Positions 60,501 to 64,000 of a stretch of DNA of 64,000 nt are shown here, piece by piece. Both the position numbers and the translations under genes were made by a program. Below the pieces are notes generated by a model. It had not been told where the DNA came from. It did no database searches and saw only the letters and a program-made list of their open reading frames with translations. The stretch's first letter is position 1; the number at the start of each line of letters is the position of its first letter. The stretch is taken from assembly GCA_973895155.1 (NCBI GenBank), contig OZ316895.1, positions 8,234,184 to 8,298,183 on the forward strand, given 5' to 3'. This DNA comes from Marsupella aquatica. Taxonomy: Eukaryota > Plantae > Marchantiophyta.

Positions 60501-62331
60501 TGACTCGAACTTTGAGAACTCGCAAAACATATCACGTTCATAAATCGGCAGTCTGTAGAAATCTTTCGTCCAACTTTTTTCGAATTCAAGTAATCGCAAC
60601 ATATCTCTGATCCGTCAATCCTCCTAGAGCGAACATATCAGATTCTAGTATAGCATGAACTTGACTTTGAAATAGTTGCTCATCTGTTTACTGGAGAGGT
60701 GCTATACCTTGGTAATCCTGCACAGTGAGACCGTATGCCCATAAGCCTGCGGAGCAATTGCGGGTTCAGTACAAAATATCACTGTTCGCTGAAATCCAAT
60801 TCAAAGAAATGATAAGGAATTTCCAGAACTCATTCCTCGCTTCGAACATGTTCGCCCTCTTTCTAATTCTTGCCAGCTGATGCGGGTACACCTTAACCCT
60901 CTGAAACAAGTTCGACTTCTAGATTCATCACGAGTTCTATTTCCTTCCAACCAAAGCTAAGTGATCATAATTTGCAACACTCTACATTAAATTCATTTAT
61001 TAATCCAATAGTAGTAACACTACAGTATCTGTGTCATGTGATCAGTTGACCAGGATGAATTATATTGGTTCAGATTGAGCCGGGGACTGAGACATGGAGT
61101 TATATTCCTTGATCCGATATGTTCCGTAATCAGTGATTTTCAAGAAGTGGACAACGTAAAGCTCATAAACATAAAGATGCTAGGGCAGACCATGTCTCCA
61201 CCCGAATCAGAATTTTGTGGGTGAGCTCTCAAGCTATCTAGAGCAGGGAAACTCTCTTGCAAGGGCTGCCCCATTTATTCCATTTACTTTACAGTCGACT
61301 TATTCCTTCTCTCTACCTTCGGCTTGAGCAGAGTCAGTTGACACTACCAAGTTTTAGACAATTTCGGGCAACCCCTCCTAGGCAGGTACATTTCCTGACC
61401 CAAGTCGATGCCTAACTTGGTTTGTGTGGCTCCGCCCGATCCAGTGCTGGCGTCCCGCTCGTATGGAGTATCCCTCTGACTGTCAAATAGGTCCCAATTG
61501 CAAGAGAATGCTTCCATTGAAGCCAACATTTTTGGATTTATGCATTCCTCCGCTTCACTAACCTAGATTTTGGGATCATAAAACTCAACCGGGGTTTGCT
61601 ATAAGATTAGCAAGGGTTGGTGAGGTAGCAAGAAACGCGACTACATTCGCATTTCCGCTCAGCACAGTCTTCAGCAGTACCACAACAACAATCTTGCACG
61701 TTCGAGCGCAAATTCCGAGATAAATGAGACACCCATAATCTACCCTCAGACAATTGGGACCATTTGATGACAACTAATTCTTGCTAAGCAGTGAACGAAG
61801 TAGCATAGGTCCGATTCAGGAACCTCGAAATTCACGACTGATGCCATACCAGAGAGCAATCCCATATAGATCAAGTGGATCTTCGGGTAAGAAACCACAA
61901 ACAGGATCTCAAACTTTCCTGTGAAATGCCCCCTCACAAAACCCCGCATGCAGATCGAGTCTTCTCACCAAGAATCGAACCATCACTCCTGCTCATCAAT
62001 CAGAATATTCACACGCGCACCCACTTATGGAACGCCAAGGTGCTTACCTCACACTGATGCCGGCATTGCATTGACCATCCTGACATAGACAACAAATCTA
62101 GGTCACTCAGCACGATGTACCTTGCGCAACACTACTCCGCGAGGCCGCTTTGCAATATCCGCAGGTGCTGCTGTAGACACCCTGATCTTCCACAACGCTC
62201 CTCGTTCGCGGCTGCTGCTCGCGAGTCGACGAACTCCTCCCCGCCCCACCCCCACTGCTACTAGCCTCCGTGGCAGTCGTCGTCGTTGTGGTGCCGCTGC
62301 TACTCTTCTCTCCCGAACCTGTCCCCCCCAT
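57570..62331 (-). CDS. ATE1: Arginyl-tRNA--protein transferase (Arg/N-degron pathway), 6 exons
   Basis: Exons (minus) 62331-62121, 60746-60708, 60434-60284, 60163-58961, 58408-58078, 57692-57570. Motifs STCGYCK, YQELLDRGWRRSG..TCCPPYTIRL, EEFALYKKYQVRVHND, GSFHQQY..VGVIDILPHCLSSKYLFWDPD, YYYLGFYIHSCPKMRYKA and C-terminal RYLQVVGPTLASRMAY. Confidence 0.95.
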
Positions 62332-62534
62332 GATCTCTACCACCGGACCCTTTCTCTCGAGAGGTAAATGGATCAATCAAACCAAGCAATCAATTCACCG
62401 ATCAACCGAACAATCGATCGATCCTCTCGGAAATTCTAACAATCCACACCACTCCGTCCCATGGCAGCGTCGAGGTCGAATAACAGAGCGCCCAAACAGA
62501 GGCCCCACGGCCACAACCTCAATCTCCGTTCGCG

Positions 62535-62670
62535 TGCAATTCAATTAATGCCTCATCATCGCCGTAATGTCCTTCGCAATTTCATAGCCTCAAACTCAGT
62601 TCGTAGGCAATTCAATTCAATTCAATGCCTCATAATAAGAGAAACGTCCTTCGCAACTTCATCGCCTCAA
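62535..62670. repeat. Tandem duplication ~70 bp upstream of ATE1
   Basis: gcaattcaatt..aatgcctcat...gtccttcgcaa.ttcat.gcctcaa twice. Confidence 0.65.
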
Positions 62671-64000
62671 GCTCTCACCCCTGGTGATCCATTTGCCTCT
62701 CTGTTTCTCGGTTTCTGTCTCTCTGTCTCTCGTCTACGGCAGCGACCTTCATGGATGGCTATCAGAATGAACTACTATGTACAGAGCAATTCGATCGATG
62801 GCACCGGTAAGCGCTCAGCCAATCTTTTCGAGCTATTTACAAGGAGAGTGACTTTCGTTGCAAGACAAATTGAGAAAGCGTGATGTCTGCCTGCATCTCT
62901 ACTACCGTAGTGCCATCCACGTGTGCACACTAAATAAAAGATTATTTTAAGTTTAGGCTCGACTAACAGCATAATATATGTCACAGTGCCAAGGGCAGAA
63001 AAGGTCGAACCTGGAGAGAGGATCCCAAAGTCAAAGTAACCCAATAAGTTAAAATAGCTATGTCTTAGAACGAACAAGCTATATAACCCAACGAAGAGGA
63101 GGAAAAGAGGGGAAAGGAAAATTTGTGTTCGTGTGAAAGCTGAAGCTTGAAAGAATTTTGGCATGTCATTTTAACAATAATCTGAGCATCCTGATGTAAA
63201 CACTGATTGTTCACAGTATACATTTTTTTTTCGTAAATTGATAACTTAATGGCAGGAAAAAACTATTCTGGCCCTGAGTTGTTTTCCGGAACTGGAAGCC
63301 TGGATGGACACAGGATTTTGTTGCCACTACCCGGATGGACACAACCTCATGACACTGTAAGAACAATCACCAATTACACCCAAAAATGGATTACTGTCTC
63401 TCATTAACGGAAGGCAACCCTGCTTTAGACACTAAGTTGGGTTAGACGGTCACCACTTTCCTTCCATCGCCCAACAAGCGTGCTGCAATAAGGCTTGAGG
63501 CGGGGCTTGAGGTGACAACTTACTGTTGGCTACGAGAAGCACGACAAGAGATTTAGAAGCACAAAAAGAGATTAAGAAGCACCAAGAGAGATGGAGTCTG
63601 CTACGAGCTAGAAGCACCATCAGAGGATTGAGTCGGCTATTGTATATTGAGAGCTCAGGGTAACCATAGCTCTTATACAGGTAGTTGTGGTTTAAGTGTA
63701 ACTATTGATATTCTCTTACCAGAGCATTATGGGCAATAATAGCCTCTCAAAACTAGAGTTGAAACTCTTGTTTTGGGGGGCATTATATCCCACAATGCCC
63801 TGTAAATAGGACCCTCAAGATCTATGAGCACATCACATAACTATCTTAGGCAGTTTGAGTCAAAGTCTCCAACTCTAACCCAACACCCACTTTGGGTATC
63901 AAAAAAGATAGTCGGACCAAAACCAGTCTGAGTAAGAAGATTTGAGTTTCACAAGGTGCCGTGCAAGGAATTTTCCAACTGATAATGCATATTGGCTGTG

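Noticed and set aside
63524-63721. TGTTGG...CA segment as another solo LTR
   Set aside because: No matching TSD and no similarity to the LTRs in this window.

Overview
Eukaryotic land-plant nuclear DNA with GT-AG introns; the gene style and repeats suggest a bryophyte-grade plant, which is an inference. Four intact multi-exon genes: a plant PTB1/2-type polypyrimidine-tract-binding protein (+, 1604-6475), a DOMON/cytochrome b561 membrane protein (-, 10950-13842), a plastid CRTISO-like FAD oxidoreductase of the At1g57770 type (-, 41031-45704) and arginyl-tRNA--protein transferase ATE1 (-, 57570-62331). Between them are two related, full-length but decayed Ty1/Copia LTR retrotransposons in opposite orientation, both with TSDs; one is nested in a solo LTR of a related family. 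Also present are a 1.4-kb Mutator/foldback-like element with ~0.6-kb TIRs, LINE relics, a probable tRNA-derived SINE and many local tandem repeats. The most interesting signals are a set of splicing switches in PTB (candidate poison cassette exon with downstream CU tract, a tandemly duplicated donor, a tail-removing alternative donor), gag-swap mosaicism and an in-frame gag/pol stop in the Copia pair, and one LTR hairpin hit by three independent rearrangements. I cannot support a clearly new biological system from sequence alone. All coordinates and identities were read by eye.
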